Below, piece after piece: positions 24,129 to 25,732 of a stretch of DNA of 25,732 nt; position 1 is the stretch's first letter; the number at the start of each line of letters is the position of its first letter. A model generated the notes under the pieces. That model worked only from the letters and a program-made list of their open reading frames with translations, did no database searches and was not told where the DNA came from. The stretch spans positions 1-25,732 of the IMG/VR virus record IMGVR_UViG_2791355071_000005; one strand, given 5' to 3'. Both the position numbers and the translations under genes were made by a program. This DNA is from a virus.

Positions 24129-24314
24129 CTCCTGCCGAGTGTGGCGAGACTGAAAGTTGAGAGAGGGATCTGAATCGGGGAACGGGCGTAGCGGACTGAC
24201 CGTGGCTCGCGACGTGCCCCTCCGGGCTTCCCCGACCGGATCACGCGCGCCGGCCGCCCTCGTCACCGGTTCCGCCGCCAACGCTTAACGGCGCAGACGG
24301 CGTCGATCGGGACG

Positions 24315-24809
24315 ATGGCGACGCACGTCTGCCCCACCTGTGGCCGGGACGACTTCGCACGCGAGCGGGACATGAAGGCACACCACACGATCGCTCACGA
24401 GGAGAAGCTCGTGGAGTATCGGAACCTGCGGGAGTGTCCGACCTGTGGCGAGGTCTTCGCGAACGAGGGGGGCATGAGAGCGCATCACAAGATCCGCCAC
24501 GCGGAGAGCATCGCCGAATCGCGAAGTCTCGCGCGGTCGGTTCGGGAGCAAGTGATAGAGCGCGACGCGTCCGTCTGCCAACGCTGTGGCGCGGACGTCA
24601 CGCCGACGGACGAGGACGGGCCGGACTTCCAGCTCCACCACATCGTTCCGTTCTCCGCCGGCGGTCCCGACCATCCGGACAATCTGATCACCCTGTGTAG
24701 CGACTGCCACGGCGAGGCCCACCAGCGGATGAGGCGCATCGTCGAGGAACGGCCCGACCTCCTCGAGGAGCTGAAAGCGTTCGCGTGCGGCCCCCACGAG
24801 CGCGGCTGA
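24315..24809 (+). CDS. HNH endonuclease with two N-terminal C2H2 zinc fingers (host flank)
   Basis: CPTCG...HHTIAH and CPTCG...HHKIRH, then CQRCG...LHHIVP...[11 protein letters not shown]. Confidence 0.85.
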   Translation: MATHVCPTCGRDDFARERDMKAHHTIAHEEKLVEYRNLRECPTCGEVFANEGGMRAHHKIRHAESIAESRSLARSVREQVIERDASVCQRCGADVTPTDEDGPDFQLHHIVPFSAGGPDHPDNLITLCSDCHGEAHQRMRRIVEERPDLLEELKAFACGPHERG

Positions 24810-24943
24810 CCGGACGGACCCCCCGACCGAGACGGGGAGGCGGCCGGTCGCGTGCCCCGCCCGTGACGAGCGTCCCGGCCCCTCGGCGGGCCGTCGCGCT
24901 CGCCGACCAAACGACTCTTGTGGACGAGATCGTTTCGTCCGGT

Positions 24944-25732
24944 ATGAACCTCCGCGGGCGGCGCGCCACGCTCGCCGTCCTCCTGCTCGTCGCGCTCGCG
25001 GGGTGTGCCGGTGGCGTCGTCGACGACGCTCCCTCGTCACCCGCCGACTCGACGGAGGGGGCCGAGCCCCGTGTCCCGGAGACCGGGACCGAGTGGACGG
25101 TGACCGTCACCCGAGTGATCGACGGGGACACGATCGAGGTCGCGTTCCCGAACGGCGAGACCGACACGGTTCGACTGTTGGGCGTCGACACCCCGGAGAC
25201 CTCGCTGGACGCGGTGACGCCGGCCGAGTTCGAGGGGATCCCGGAGACCGCCGCCGGCCGATATCACCTCTACGCGTGGGGTGAGAAGGCGACGCGCCAC
25301 GTGAGGGACGAACTGGCCGGCGAGGAGGTACGGATCGCGGTCGACGAGGCGACGGACCGCCGCGGGGGGTTCGGCCGGCTCCTCGCGTACGTGTACCTCG
25401 ACGGGACGAACGTCAACGAACGGCTCCTCGCCGACGGATACGCGCGGGTGTACGACTCCTCGTTCACGATGCGCGCGGAGTTCGACGCGGCGGAACGGGC
25501 CGCCCGCGGGGCGTCGCTCGGCCTGTGGGGGTTCGAGGCGTCACGCGCGACCGAGCTCGTGCCGACCGACGCCGGCGACGTGACCGTTCCGCCCCCGCCG
25601 CCCGACGGCGACTACGACTGCTCGCACTTCGACACGCGGGCGCAGGCGCAGGCCGTGTTGGACGGGGTCTCGGGGGATCCTCACGGGCTCGACGGCGACG
25701 GCGACGGGATCGCCTGCGAGTCGCTCCCCTGA
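24944..25732 (+). CDS. Thermonuclease (SNase)-family lipoprotein with C-terminal Excalibur-like Ca-binding domain (host flank)
   Basis: Tat-like RGRR and lipobox LAGC; [23 protein letters not shown] and [13 protein letters not shown]; C-terminal DCSHF...[11 protein letters not shown]. Confidence 0.9.
   Translation: MNLRGRRATLAVLLLVALAGCAGGVVDDAPSSPADSTEGAEPRVPETGTEWTVTVTRVIDGDTIEVAFPNGETDTVRLLGVDTPETSLDAVTPAEFEGIPETAAGRYHLYAWGEKATRHVRDELAGEEVRIAVDEATDRRGGFGRLLAYVYLDGTNVNERLLADGYARVYDSSFTMRAEFDAAERAARGASLGLWGFEASRATELVPTDAGDVTVPPPPPDGDYDCSHFDTRAQAQAVLDGVSGDPHGLDGDGDGIACESLP

Noticed and set aside
24018-24281. 88-aa N-terminal extension of the integrase shown in the ORF track (possible SSV1-type split integrase)
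   Set aside because: The extension runs through the antisense tRNA fragment and GC-rich host DNA with atypical composition. ATG 24017 has a good SD and a typical integrase N-terminus.
24785-24943. Upstream start for the thermonuclease gene given in the ORF track
   Set aside because: The extension is Arg/Pro-rich GC noise overlapping the HNH gene. ATG 24944 gives a proper Tat/lipobox signal peptide.
1-25732. Scarcity of CTAG (only about three seen, near 2546, 5257 and 10250)
   Set aside because: CTAG depletion is a general feature of haloarchaeal DNA, so it is not informative here.
1-25732. CRISPR array, IS element or rRNA
   Set aside because: No regularly spaced repeats, transposase ORF, terminal inverted repeats or rRNA-like sequence were seen.

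Overview
The window is the right-hand part of an integrated haloarchaeal tailed virus (contractile-tail myovirus morphology) plus about 1.6 kb of GC-richer host flank. Positions 1-22879 carry an almost uninterrupted + strand morphogenesis region: terminases, portal, prohead protease, scaffold, capsid, neck, sheath, tube, chaperone, tape measure, baseplate, tail fibre and a small membrane-protein cassette. A convergent tyrosine integrase (24017-23010) follows, then a 28-bp tRNA 3'-end fragment (24101-24128, probably tRNA-Thr) that marks the att junction. The rest of the provirus and the intact tRNA should lie upstream of this window. The host flank has a C2H2/HNH nuclease and a thermonuclease-like lipoprotein. 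The most unusual feature is in the neck module. The HK97-gp10-like neck gene appears split. Its N-terminal part is fused through a Gly/Ser linker to a roughly 420-aa, AT-richer region with an HExxH zinc-metallopeptidase motif. A translationally coupled 100-aa gene follows (candidate inhibitor or immunity protein), and the missing C-terminal part of the neck protein then reappears as a separate 60-aa ORF. Other observations include a probable +1 TTT-CGT frameshift in the tail chaperone, tandem paralogous adaptor genes, a tRNA-like fold built around the att core, a repeat-hinged tail-fibre tip swap and apparent absence of TGCA. All product calls come from motif recognition and gene order; no database searches were run.
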